From Lingula anatina (lineage: Eukaryota; Animalia; Brachiopoda), in assembly GCA_051362555.1 (NCBI GenBank), contig CM120640.1, positions 56,274,788 to 56,338,787 on the forward strand: DNA of 64,000 nt, given 5' to 3'. The translations under genes and the position numbers were made by a program. This document shows, one piece after another, positions 46,555-60,481 of the stretch. Below the pieces are notes generated by a model. The model worked only from the letters and a program-made list of their open reading frames with translations. It made no database searches and was not told where the DNA came from. Within the stretch, counting starts at the first letter, position 1, and each line of letters starts with the position of its first letter.

Positions 46555-49500
46555 AATAATAAAGCTTGCATCTCAATATATTAGATGACGAATGCACTAA
46601 ATGTCATTTGCTTATAATTTCTAACCTGTTACTTCTTTAGTTATCACACAGTGAAACATTTCATTGGCATTATCTGAAGCCTCCCCCCCCCCCCCACAAA
46701 AAAAAAAAAAAAAGTTTTGTTGAACTGTTCAAAGAAAATGAAATGTCTCTGCCCACTTACCTTAATTTCTTCCTGAAAGACAGTGAAATTTCCTTTATCC
46801 ACTATCTCCTTGGGTGGTGGTGAACACTTTGCTGGCCTTAGGTCTGCAGAGTTTGGGCTAATTATGAAGTCAACCCCTTCAGGACCAGGAGATATCTTTA
46901 AGGCAGTTTCTAATGGCAACAGATTGGTTTTTAGATGTTCTAGTTGGATGTCAACATCTGGAAACAATGTAATTTGTAAATTATAGTATTCTTGATTTCA
47001 AAGGTTCTCCTAAAATTCTTTAATGACTTCAGTTTTTAAGTATCTTTTCATAAATAATCAAAATTTGACTGCTATGGCAGATGTCTGAAGATTAGTTACA
47101 GTCAGTCTGGATAATTATTCCCATAATATAATTTCTATAATATTATGCTCTTTTATAGATTATTTGCTAGGTGCTCATCAAATAGTGTCCATGATAGTGT
47201 TAATGCAGTAGCTCACTAGAGATACATCCCTTCATGTTCCCAGCTGGTAGGAAGTGAATAAATCCTGGAGTTATTCCTCCTACTGAAATCCTGCGGATTC
47301 CATGGAATCTGTACTCCAGGTGCAACATGGAGGAGGTGTTCCTGTCATCAACCTCATTGAAAAAATACACAACTAGTTAAGTAAAATTCAAAGAAATACA
47401 GTAATAGCAATCTCATTTATAACTCATTTGTTGTTCACATATATTATATCAAATAATCAGAGAAACAAAGTTACCTGCAACAGAAATATTTCCTGATATC
47501 TCCTAAAATGTACTTTGTGCCTGTTGCCATCTGCATAATGACCTTGCAATGCTATGGCATCTGGGAAGAAAAAGAGATTCTTGTTGAACATATAATCAAA
47601 CAGGCAATCTTGAGGTCTTGTTTTTGGATATTCTTGATAAATTTTAATCCAAAATGCCTTCAAAATGTTCCTTTGCTTTGTAGGATACTAAGCAAAGGTT
47701 TGATACATTTAAACATTTTTTCACAAAGTACCTTTAAATCCTATATTTGTGTGCTTTTTATCTTTCTATCTACCTATCCATCTATCTCTCCATTTAAGCA
47801 AAAAGTTTAATAGATGGATGAATAGACAGAAAAAACAAAGCTGGCTTACGCTGCCCAAATCCTAGATCCACATCCACCCTGATAGTTCCCTGCTGGGTCA
47901 AGGTCACCAGGATGTACTCCATGCCTCTGGAATAAATCATAGGTAAGGTTTCCTTATTATTAATACTGGACAACTACTGTGTTGTACAACTTATAAAAAA
48001 TACAAGAAGCCTGTTATATTTGCTGCAAACTTCTACTTGCATAGTTTGAAAGTTTGCAGATTCAAAATTAAACATTTTGCTTAGCATCGTCTATCACATC
48101 TTGTTAGTGTTTAGGTCAATGCTTTCCAGAAGACATACGTAACAAACATATATAATGAGATGTTGAAATCGGAATCAGCAACATTTTGCTATGTACACAC
48201 CTGCCATGAGATCCCTGAATAAATACAAGGGTCATTGGAGATGGGGTGACTGTATTGGTGGCAAAGGTAAAGAAGATGCTTTCCTTCTCTGATACAGGAA
48301 CCATTTCTGCTTCAAGCTCTGTGGTTATCACTGTGTTACCATCAAATTCAACACCAACATCTAGATAAATACAGTTATCATTTTACTTTACATCCATCAT
48401 TTTACTGTCCGGTCTTCTTTCTAAACAAAGTTATTGGTGTAAACTTCTTATCTTCCTCACAACTAAAAAACTACTAACAATCTCAAAGATACAAGTTTAT
48501 CTTAACTTATGTCACAGATGTCACCAGTGCATGCGATATGTGAGCAGTCACAGTGATGATGTCAATTATTACCAACCTGTGTCACAGTTGTCACCAGTGT
48601 ATGTGGTATGTGAGCAGTCACAGTGGTGATGTCAATTATTACCAACCTGTGTCACAGTTGTCACCAGTGTATGTGGTATGTGAGCAGTCACAGTGGTGAT
48701 GTCAATTATTACCAACCTGTGTCACAGTTGTCACCAGTGTATGTGGTATGTGAGCAGTCACAGTGGTGATGTCAATTATTACCAACCTGTGTCACAGTTG
48801 TCACCAGTGTATGTGGTATGTGAGCAGTCACAGTGGTGATGTCAATTATTACCAACCTGTGTCACAGTTGTCACCAGTGTATGTGGTAATGAGCAGTCAC
48901 AGTGGTGATGTCAATTATTACCAACCTGTGTCACAGTTGTCACCAGTGTATGTGGTATGTGAGCAGTCACAGTGGTGATGTCAATTATTACCAACTTGTG
49001 TCACAGTTGTCACCAGTGTATGTGGTATGTGAGCAGTCACAGTGGTGATGTCAATTATTACCAACCTGTGTCACAGTTGTCACCAGTGTATGTGGTATGT
49101 GAGCAGTCACAGTGGTGATGTCAATTATTACCAACCTGTGTCACAGTTGTCACCAGTGTATGTGGTATGTGAGCAGTCACAGTGGTGATGTCAATTATTA
49201 CCAACCTGTGTCACAGTTGTCACCAGTGTATGTGGTATGTGAGCAGTCACAGTGATACTGTCCCTGCCATCTCTCTGTGCAGCGGCCACCATGCTGGCAT
49301 GGCGTTGCATCACAGCCTGATTCACAGCCAAGGAGGATACCTGAATGCAGAAAAGGGTATGGAGACAATTAATATCAAACTGATTAAAAAGGTGAAGTGG
49401 AAAAGTGGAATGTGTGATTAAAAGTAAGACAAGAAATCCTTTTTTGAAAATTTTATCTTTTCTTAATAAGTGGGCAGACACTTTTTACTTACCCTGTCTT

Positions 49501-52500
49501 CCTTCATCTGCTGCCTTGGAAAGATTATATGGCATGTTTCCTATTTTAAGACCACTGAAACAGCCATGTAAGCTTTGGGTTGAGTTTGGATGGCCACCAA
49601 TGTATACTTTGAGTTCTATGGGGTAGTTTGCAGAAATCCCTGATCCTGCCATGTCAGCCTCCATAGATGCAGGATCTTTCAAAAATAAAGATATCAGGTT
49701 CATTAAATCAATTAAGTCAAACTGAAAGACAACTTACTGGACATCAAAAACTACTGAAATGTTTAATAAAAATATAATAAATAATTACCATCTTTGAAAA
49801 CCATTTGCCGTCCACTTGCTTCAAATATCAAGTTATTCTGGTCACGCCTTATTATCACTTGTATCCATGTGCCTTCAGATAAAACTAAAAAAAAAATAAC
49901 AGTAATTTTATAAAAATTCCACATATGAAAACAATAACTGTTTTGTATTCACAGTATATTACAATTAAGTATATTACAATTAAACTTACATTAGATTCTT
50001 CATTCTTTTCTTTTCAATACTTAGCTAGCCAAGTCTCTCTCCTTGCTAACCAAAGTACATGACAACTGACATTATGTATATAAAACACGCTGTCCCACCT
50101 GGGATATCAACTTCTCCTTCTCTGTCCCTGTTCAAAGTGAAGGCCAGTGTATTTTTTCTCCTGACATCCACTTTAATGGAGTTTCCCAGTGTGTCCTCAG
50201 CATAATAGACTGGGACAGATGTCTGGTATGTTCTGAAGCTGAACAGAGTGTCCAGATTTGAGTCTGTACTCTCCATAGCATGCTGAAACTCCAGGGGGCT
50301 GGCACTGGGACTGAAATATACCTGGTCCTGGCTGAGATCTGAAAAAAGTGCAATTTTTTAATATCATATGACATTAATGCAGATAACTGTGCACTTCAGT
50401 TAATGTTTACTAAAAAGAACATTTATGTTTGTCCTTTGTTTCATATCAAAGAAGAAATTTGTTAAGCACCAAGTTTTGCATACAGTTAATACTCCATCTT
50501 TTCAAAGGGGGAAAATTGTGAATTTACTGTATTTTTTTTAATTTCTTTAAAAAAAACACAAAAGCTATATAGAAATATAATTTCTGTGATTATAAAATGA
50601 TGGATCTAAAAGTTTGATAATTTGGCCCATTGAAAAGATCGAGTAATTACCATGATTTATGGTTGATTGGTAATTATAGATGTAATGTTAAATGTGCAGT
50701 AACTTGAACAAACAAACAATTAAAAAAAATCTAAATGTGGTAAAAACTTTGTACTACAATCTTGAAAATACTGAGTTCTGCTGACCTAGCTCGCAGTTCC
50801 TGCCTATATGTAGTAATGGATCATGGCACCTGCACTGGTAGTCTCCCCACCGCTCTACACACTGACCCTCATTATGGCATGGCTGGCTGACACAGGATGC
50901 GATACAGCCTGGTATGACTCTGTGTGCTCTGTAACAAACACATGTAGTTATGGATCAATGACACTCAAGTCAACTCCCCCCACGGTCTCTTATTTTTATA
51001 TTTGAATTGTTTGGTGTGACAATTTCTTTCAGGTATGTGAAAATAAGTTAGGAAAAATAAAGACACTTAATATTTATTCTAGTCCATTTTAACTCTCATA
51101 GTGGTCTTACCTCTGATCAACATGATCTGTAATTGTGTACAACTGATTATTGTATTTCAGAGACCTCATACATCCAAATAACCCTGGAGTTGTGGCAGTG
51201 GCTATAATGCTAAAAAATCACACATGAAATACAAAGCTTACTTCTTCGAAAAGTCTAACAATTGCCCATTGTAATCACTATCAATTCAAAGAGCTCTCTT
51301 TTAATTGTGCGATAATATTTTGCATGTTGAGAACTAACATTCACATTTTCAGTTAACAAGTTTATTAGTCTTTCTTGGTTTATAACATTGCATGGCAGAT
51401 TATTCTTGCAAATGTGTACTAATGAATTACCTGTGCCCAATAGCCACAATGCCTTTGAAACCTGGTCCCAACATTCCATCACTGCCAATATGGAAATCAT
51501 GGATTTGACTGTGTAGATCTACAGTAAATCTGGTCTGCTGAGGACTGAGCTCTACTGCTATATAATGCCATTCCCCATCAGTTAGAGAGCTCTTTGCTTT
51601 CAAATTCAGGACATCTGTCTTGCTTTTGATAGCAAAAGTAAACAAAATGGTATCTGAAACAGATTGTGAACACACAATTTATGAATCTGATTCAATAAAT
51701 GACCAGATTTTTAAACTAGTTGTTCATAATATTTTTCTGCACATTTTCACTCTTTTATTTATCTTTAACTACAAGAATATGTTTTTACTTTACATTTAAA
51801 AAGATCTACCCAAATTTGTGCTGTCATTCAATGCCTAACTCATCTCTAAAATAAATCAAACACCAGATCTGTATCTGTAGTGCTAAGAACATGCTCAGGG
51901 TACAAAAAAATGTGTATAAACATTCTCCTAGAGAATTATCTTATACATTAATTGAGGCATTACAAAGATCCACTGACCATCCTTAAGTGTAATTTCAAAA
52001 AAGTCCTGAGTGCCAGGTTTTGCAGGAGCTTGATAAAACAGGACAGCTGAAGACTGGAAGGTGCGAAACCAAAATGACAGGTGCCCTCTAGTCCACCCAG
52101 GCAGGCTCAGGTGAGACAGGGGACTGTTAAAGGACATGGTGGCAGGAAAAGTTTCAGATGCTGGAATAAATTGATTTCAGAAAGGGTTAATATGCAATTT
52201 TGCTTGTACAAATAATTGAAACATTATGGCTGTCTATCACACATTTGGCTGATTTATTATATGAAATGTGTATTAAACAGTTACCTTGTCCATAGCAGAT
52301 CAAAGGTCCCAGACTAAATTTTGCCACCCCTTTACTGCTAGCATTCTGCTTGAAAACTAAGTCAGTCACTGGTAGATGGGATTTTCTTCTTTCAAATCCT
52401 TCGTCAACAGTTTTGCCTCCTTAAATAATGAAAATAATAAAACAAAATATAAATTTTTTCATGCCATACGAACCTTCAACATGTAGCCATCACCCTCCCC

Positions 52501-55500
52501 ACTATGAAAAAAGAAGGAAAACTACACAACTGAAATTAACCATGGACACTTACAACAGAGAAAAGATTTTACAGTTATTAATTTAGATCGGCCAGACATA
52601 TAGTTATCAGACCTTATTAGAGATTATACGTATTCAAAGTAACATTGTTACTAAGATTGTTTCTTGCTTGCTTTCATTAACATTGTTACTAAGATTGTTT
52701 CTTGCTTGCTTTCATTACCTACGTCACAGTTACATGGTTGGGTCCCAGTACAGTTCCTTGCGACAGCACACAGACACTGTCCATAATGTCCACCTCCCAG
52801 GGAAGAGTGCATATCTCCAGAGGGACTACTGTAATTAAATAACTCCCCTAACCTGAAATATTGGAACAAATGCAATAATGCAATACTAATACATTCCTTT
52901 TTAGTGCTTTTGTTAGATAGATGCTCTTTACAGCTAATCTGCTATATAGATTTAAGTTTACATGCGGTATGGAAGCATCAAATTACATGGAGATAAAAAA
53001 TGATCAATTTCACTTCTTTTTAAAGCATTTAACTTCTGGTCATAAACAAGTTATAGGTTAATACAATGTATAGACAGCTATTAGATCCTCACTTGATGGG
53101 GGAATCTGTACACTCATATCTGAAATGTTGCCTACAGCCTGCTGAATTTTTCACCAACTCCTGAAGTTTGGCCATGTCCATAGTTCTAAAATGACAGAAA
53201 ATAATAAATATGATGCATAGCTTGTTTAAAACATGATCAAAACTTTTGTCTGAACCAAGGGCTGAAAACTTAACATGAATACCACTAAAATGACAAGAAA
53301 ACAAAGAGAAAGCAAGTTATACAATAAACTCTTAAATAGCTACCATTTATACTGAACCAAAACAATTTACTAATACACACAAAAAATGTGTTTGCTTTAT
53401 ATACAATACTTAATTTTTTTCAAGACAAAAGCAACATTTCTTTACTATTTACCTGTAGGATATTGTCATTTTCTGATGAGGCAATCCTGGAGCCCTGACC
53501 ACTTGCTCCTCCCAGTTGTGATCCACCACAGTTTCTCCAGTGTTAGATGACCCCATGTCACAGTACACATAGGATGGAGACAGGGAGCCAGTGCCATCTA
53601 CGTCTATTTGCTTCACTCCAGATATCCTGTCACCACGCTGGTAATACTCATCACAATTGCTGGGATATACAGCTGATGTGGAATAAAAAATTATAAAATA
53701 GCTGTATTTGTCACAAAGGATATGTGAGAAATAAACAAAGATAAAATAATAGTTACTTTTAGCCAAAAACAAATTTGAAGGAAATGACGGAAAAAATACT
53801 GACTGTCATAACAAAATTCTACAATTCTTATTGGTGTGGTAATTGACTGATTGGTAAGTACACCAAAACTGTTGATGTCACCAGGAAATGTATATATAAA
53901 GAGCACATGAAATATAATGAACTCTAGTAATTCTACAGATGCAATATTCTCCCACTAACCAAACTGGCATGTCTTCCCTTCATATCCTCTGGTACAGTTA
54001 CAGCTGGCTGACTTCCAGTGGGAGACACACCTTCCTTCATGTTGACATGGGTTGCTATTGGCACAGTGGTCCTCCAGAGAACAGCCATTCTCCTCTATCA
54101 TAACACCTTCATTCTGGTACTGCACTATGTCTTGGGAGTCAATGCTAATGTTCTGGATGGCAAAGTTTGTCATACATCCAACAAAACTACCTGGAAGACA
54201 GTAACACAACCCACCTACCGCTGGTGCTACATGAGACTTTACATGATTATGTCATGAAGTAATTATAAACAATCATCTTATTAGATCCCAAGAAAGATTT
54301 TTTTTTGTTTTTTTGTGAATCAAAAACTTTATTCATCAGTATTTGTATTGTAAACAACAAATATTCTCTAACCTTTAATTTCTGAATGGCGGTCTCTTCC
54401 AAAATGTACATAACCTGTAAACTTGATGTCTCCAGCTCTCTGCGCCTTGGTATTTTCTTCATCAAGGTGAACAGTGAGTTGTCTGGAAACAAGCATAGTG
54501 CATAAACCCAATGTTTTCCTTATCATATGAAAACAGTATGATACAAAATTATCCAACTGTTTCAAATAATATGACACTTTTTGGCTAATATGGTTTTCTA
54601 CCTTGCCTTCTACTACTGAGATATCCCCAGGGTGAGTTAAAACTACAAAGTACAATAAGGATATAAAAGAGAAAGATCCGAGAAATCTCCTGGGTATGTA
54701 CTACCAGCCGTGTTAGGCATATTAACAGAAAAATGATATACAGAAATAGGTAAAATGTTATAGAGAATTTTCTATTTTGGCAATACAATGGCTGGCAAAT
54801 CTTTGAAAATGAACCTACTGAACACACACTAAGGCAGTACGTGGGTAATGCCAGTGAATAAATGCATACAATTTGCAAAATATAAGTTTAGTTGAAACAT
54901 AATACATGCAATTTGACTCTTTTGAAGTGATGCCATAATAAACAAAATTCCTGGCCAAAACCAATGCACCTCCAGCACACATTGCTGATCTGAAACTTAT
55001 CCTACCTGTACAGTGCTCTGATTCTGACGTCATGATACTCATTAAGGTTGAGCCTCCTCCCTACTGTCAACCTGTTGGCTACCGAGTGGTCATCTGTGGT
55101 GATTCTGACTACTAACTTACCATCTGACAGCCACACCTATGGAGCACAAGAGTTAAAACTAGAGTTTAAAAAGGAAATTAACCTTAATTAGCATATAAAT
55201 TCCTATATTTTTGTACTGTAATTGTAGCTAGTTAATACATCTTATACTTTTGCTTAAAAACTCTTCTTTGGTTATCTTGTTATTCTGAATATGTGTAATT
55301 GTGAGTCACTTTTCATATTAAACAATTGCAATATTTCAAATCAGATATATAATAAGCTATATGAAAAGAAAACTAAATGACAAAACTTTTAGAAATGAAA
55401 CAATTGCTTCAACTGCATGCTTGAATATAAATTATCAGTCACCGTGTATTTAGCAACTATATACACAAAGACTACTAATTTATATTCAAGCAAGAATTTG

Positions 55501-58500
55501 TATTTCCCAGTCACCTTAAGTGTCCCTGTGGCACTGTCTATGGAGACTGGTGCATGCATCAACAATGCATTGGCATTCAGAGTCTTGAAAGCAAAATGCA
55601 CATTGATCAACTTGTGGCTGTTTGCTGGGATTGCAACTGTTGAACTTGGTGCAGGAAAAGATATAGGGATCAGGTTCAGGTCTTTGCAGGCACTTTTAAG
55701 TAAAAACCCAAATCCCTCTATTCCTGGCCCTTGACTCTCTGCCTCATCCAGAACAGACAGGTGGTTGACATACACACCTCGCATGCACCCAGTGAAATTG
55801 ACATAATGACCAGACACTGGAAATAAGACAATTGTGTGGAGAGTAGCATCACTTTACTCACAAATACTGGTTTTCAGGTTTACCATCTTGGAATATATAA
55901 ACAGGGTTCATACAGGAATACTAAGAAAACTTCCAAGGACTTTTGAAGCTCTAATTTAATCAATTTCAAGGACTTTTGGAATGCAAATGAGAGCAATGCA
56001 ATACCATTTATAAGTGAACTGTGTACATAACAAAAACAAAAGAAATATTATGAAAGTAATATTTCTTACAAACTTTGCATTTTAACACATTAATGTTGAA
56101 ACACAAAAAGAATAAAAATTGGATATTGTCCAAGAAAACATTCACCCTTTCATCCAATTATTGTCTACATTCAGGTTAAAATGACAAAATTTAAAATAAT
56201 TTTTGACAAATTGATTAGAGATCAAATTCAAGTACTTTTCAAGTACAAAAATGATGGAGTACACGTTCTTTTCAAAGCTTATTACAATTTCAAGTACTTC
56301 TCAAGTCCACAAACTGAATTCAAGCTTCGGCGCTGTATTCAAGCACCTTTCAAGGTACAGACTCTGATGAAGTTCAATCACACATTTAAAGTTCATTACC
56401 TTTATCTATTTTTCTTTTATATAATTGTCCCAAAACTACTGTTATTAATTAATTATTTCTACAAGTATAATAGGTAAGTTAAGGACATGGAAATAGTTTA
56501 AAATCAAATGCATGTTTCACTGTATGTACCTTGTGAAGCATTTGGATAACCTCCAATGTACACTTTTGTCAGGTGAAAGCCTGGGTCAGAGGAATTCAAC
56601 ATCAGTGTTTCCTGCCTCCTATCCAGACTAATTACAACATGGTCAGTCCTGGGAACTACTGTAAGCTGGTGCCACCTGTAAATGAAATTTTATTTCCTTG
56701 TCATTTCTAACTGAGCAGGGAAATTACTACTTTTCTAAAACATACATATTTTTGGACTCTGGCACAGAGATATTTATGCACATTCATCTATTTGGTGCAA
56801 ATACAGCCGACAGTTGATTTATGTTTTTGTAATTCTGTACTTAAAAAAAAAAAACCTTTAATCAACGGATTCATATTAATTGCTTGTATGTTCACTCCTC
56901 ACTTACACACCAAACCCCACTGCTTGTTCCACGCTCAATTGTGAAATATAACCACCATGTAGAGCTATAACCTTTATCTTTCCATCCTCCATAGCTACTG
57001 TCAGGTATGAACCACTGTCAATGGCTCCCATTGCTTCAAATAACAGCCCTGTAGGTCTGGAAGGCTTTAACAGGTTTTTAATTTGCGGTTAAATAAATGG
57101 CTTGAATCAAAATTTTAAGACGTTATATATCATAACAAAACAATGTATCACTGCTAAATTCAAGATCAAATTGATATTCAAACATTGCAGCAGATCAGTG
57201 TTATTCATGTTTTAAATTTAAAATAAAGGTTTGAAGCCCAATGTTAAATGAGGTAGATCAAGGCTGAATTTGATTTGTAAGAAATTCTTCAGATCTATAA
57301 GTGAAGTACAATGTTGCAGAAGCAATAAGATTACCAAAAACTGCAACATGATACTCCGTATTGTCCAGTAGTGGTTATCAGCCTCAAAAGCATCATATTG
57401 CAGCCAAGATTTGCCAATCATGGTCACGGATGTCAGACCTGGAAAATATAAACAGTACTGAAGTATTTATCATGTTATCATGACCAAAGCAAAGACACCT
57501 AAAAGACAATCGATCATTGAAAGAATAATTATATCAAATCATAAATGCATAAGTGACAGTAATAATTCTTCTTCCTGTCACAAGTAAAAACATGCTATAA
57601 CAATGAAAAATGTTGCCATCTAGTCATTAACTGTTTTTTAATTGTATTTTTGTATAAAATATATAACTGATATTAAAATGCTTCTTCTCCTGACTAATTC
57701 ATTTCAATTTAATACGTGTGAACTGGTAATGGATTGAAAAGTTGTTTCAGAACTGCACCAACCTATTTTTTCACACCTCTTTCCTGCATATCTTGTAGAG
57801 GAACAGTCACACACAGTGTCAGTGTACCTGTTGATACATTCCCCTCCATTAAGACAAGGACCAGGCCCAGAAGACCCCAAACACTTATTCACACAGCCAT
57901 TGGCTAAATTGGTTTTCTCAGTGACAAGGAAGCTGGAAGTTACCGTCTTGTTGTTTATACTTGTTACTTCTAGGCAACCAATGAATGATTTGTAATGTCT
58001 GGTAACCATGCCTATAGTGTAGTAAGTAAAAAATTAAATAAGATGCTATATGGACTTGAGCTAGAATAATTCAATTGTGAAAATGTCTCGGAATTGAACC
58101 TGTTCCCCCACACTTCTATGAAATTTCTCGTTACCTCGTGATATGCAACTCTCTAAAACCCCATTCAGATAAACCTACCTTACTAGCCAGATCAATCCAG
58201 CTCTGCAGGTATTCTCGTTAAAGTGCATTCAGTGTAATCAGCTTAGCTGTCTGGCATGCCTCCTTGAGTGAAAGCTTCAAAGAGCCAAGCGCACACTATA
58301 GTTAATTACCCCTTTGCTGCTTGAGGTGTGTCAGCCAATTGCCAATAACAATGACTGCACTTAAAGGGAGAATCCCTGCAGAGTTGGACCAATCCAGCTA
58401 TGAGTTTATCAGAACATTTATCCCTAACATAAAACATCTGTGAAGTAACTATAAAATACTACAAGGTGCCCTAGAACAAAGATTTATTAGGGGCAATTTA

Positions 58501-59207
58501 TATATATATATATACAGTTTTAATAATCTTCTTACCTCCAAAATATATCAATGAGTCACATGAAGGCACTAAAGCAATGGATGGAAAAGTGAAGTTAAAT
58601 ATCTTTTCATCTTCATCTAATCTAACAGATACTGCTTTTCTACTCATACTTTGGGTGAAAGTGACAAAGTGCCAGTTATTGTGCTGTAAACCTGGGAAAA
58701 ATGATTGAAAAAATAATTTAAAAACAGGCTGAACAGAAAATTACTATAATCTATGAATACAGTTGAAAAAAAGTTATGAGTATTTTATGGTGGCTCATAA
58801 GTAAACAATACATGTGTCATGTCAAAATTTTAAAACTATCTTGAAAATTTAAATGAAGTATTTCCTATGAGTAACCCATTTTCATTACCTCTCCCTATCG
58901 TAATCTCTTGTGTGTCAACTCCATTATCAACTGATACCCTTAAATGTCCCCTGTGAAGATCCACTGCAAAATTATAACTTTCCTCCAACGTTCCATTGAC
59001 ACTTAAAAACTGCTGAAGAAGCAGTGCATCTGACTGCCAAGTTCTAAATCTGAAAGTTATTTCAACTTTGCCACTTTTTGTTTGTGATATCCTATATGTC
59101 ATGGAAGAATTTCCCTGGAAAGTATACAGCTCAGAACAAACTGGGGATACAGCCAGTAGTACGAGTATCACGCTGCAAGGGATCAACACAGCCTGCCAAA
59201 CTGCCAT
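43682..59207 (-). CDS. Neurexin-superfamily (axotactin/Caspr-like) cell-surface protein: signal peptide, multiple laminin-G and EGF domains, a fibrinogen-like segment, TM helix, and a cytoplasmic tail ending -PTAV
   Basis: ATG at 59207 (MAVWQAVLIPCSVILVLLAVSPVCS). LamG motifs FRFRTWQSDALLL, LTDGEWHYI, VYIGG. EGF motifs PCLNGGECINRYTDTVCDC and PCQHEGRCVSHWKSASCNC. Fibrinogen-like YPSNCDEYYQRG...IDVDGTGSLSPSYVYCDM. 3' exons: 46367-46241, TM exon(s), 44492-44389, 44131-44020, 43924-43845, 43723-43682. Confidence 0.9.
45198..45464 (-). CDS. Transmembrane exon B of the axotactin-like gene (267 nt, phase 1-1)
   Basis: cttttacag acceptor; VVMAVMSVIILILIVAIFATICI followed by KPASR; gtaggc donor. Confidence 0.8.
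45529..45756 (-). CDS. Transmembrane exon A of the axotactin-like gene (228 nt, phase 1-1)
   Basis: tttgtcacag acceptor; VVALVILLVAVAASVVITIIL followed by the basic stop-transfer RRKHRK; gtacat donor. Confidence 0.8.
46477..46550. repeat. (TA)n microsatellite
   Basis: Perfect dinucleotide run. Confidence 0.95.
48511..49256. repeat. 70-bp minisatellite, ~10.7 units, spanning an exon/intron boundary
   Basis: GTCAATTATT recurs at 48561, 48631, 48701, 48771, 48841, 48910, 48980, 49050, 49120 and 49190. Confidence 0.97.
52641..52716. repeat. 38-bp perfect tandem duplication immediately after a splice donor of the axotactin-like gene
   Basis: AACATTGTTACTAAGATTGTTTCTTGCTTGCTTTCATT occurs twice. 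Confidence 0.9.
55902..56366. mobile_element. Degenerate intronic non-autonomous element with repeated TTCAAG(G/T)ACTTT subterminal motifs
   Basis: Weak inverted ends CAGGGTTCATAC / GTACAGACTCTG and many TTCAAG motifs. Confidence 0.45.
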
Positions 59208-60481
59208 TTTGACCAACCTAGAAGTAAAAGATTACCAGGTCACCCTAACTGAGCAAATATTGGAAGATCACAATACACCATTAAGCCTGCTAGATGAACA
59301 AATAAAATTAGCATAGTTTCTCAAGTTATCAAATACATAAAGAACAATGGAAGACTTTAACCTATCCTTATTGGTCTTATTTGCAGACATGATTAAGAAA
59401 GTTCTCACATCGCAATATTACGCAAGTCTGAAAAGTGAAACCCTGTACACTAATGACAGACCTGTTTGATCAGTAAATGCTACTGAATATACAGCAATGA
59501 GGGTGAGAAGATTAACTCACCTCGGTAAATATTAAACTAAATAGAAAAGTTTGACTTGAAAACAATTAGCTTCATAAATCCACACATCCTACTGCCGGCA
59601 CACTTAATGCGTCTTGGTGGCATTGGTCCACGTTTCCCCACTGCTAGGTCAATGTGTAGCTGATACAAGATTAGTCAGACACGGAGTGCATTTCTCGACA
59701 CTATTTCAAAAGTAATCAGTAGGCAAACATATAGGTCCCCCTAAAATCAAGACTCCTCTTACTGTGACGATAAATATGTATGCCACATTAGCATATTGTG
59801 TTTAAAGAAAGCAGAGATACACAATGTAGAATGCTTTGAGATTCACTGGCAAGGTGGATGGTTGCTGCAATCTTATCAATGACCTACATAATAGCTGAGA
59901 TGGCATGTTGAGTTATGTCATTTGCAGGATTTATCTTAATGATATTAAAATCATACAGACTTTACACAACCTTTTAGAGGACAGTTTTATTTTCTAAATG
60001 ACAAAGTTCAAGAACAAACATCAATGAAACATGTTCAGGTTTTGTCTTTGTTACATTACCAGTGCGGAGTAGAATTTTTTAAGTTTTGCAGTAAACATGT
60101 TAAATGGATTATGTACAGAGCAATATATAATTACGTACATAAAACATTTCTTAAATTTTAATTTGACCAAGTTATATCTTAATCATTGTTATGTCAACTG
60201 TGGATTATCTGATGTCAACATGGATAATCTGAAATTGATATATACACAGTGATAGAATATGTCTTTGAATCCAAGTCAATGTGAGTCACTCATTAAACTT
60301 AGAGAGACTGCAAAAGGAAAAAAATTATTGTCACTATTGCCTTTGGTTATTTGAATTTGTTGATGCACCACTCCCACCTTTTCTCTTATAAATTTCAAGC
60401 GTCAACATTCGCAAATGAAAAAAAAATCAAATCGAAAAAATAAAAAAAATTAATAAGTATGCTGTGCTGCGCATGACCTAT

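Noticed and set aside
48511-49256. CRISPR-like regularly spaced repeats
   Set aside because: Units are contiguous and identical with no unique spacers, there are no cas genes, and the context is a eukaryotic intron. It is a minisatellite.
58178-58400. Strong donor-like site (AAG|GTAGGT, minus strand) with CCAAT-like motifs, suggesting an internal beta-neurexin-style first exon
   Set aside because: The ATG-initiated frame is out of phase with the next exon and encodes no signal peptide. Cannot be supported without transcripts.
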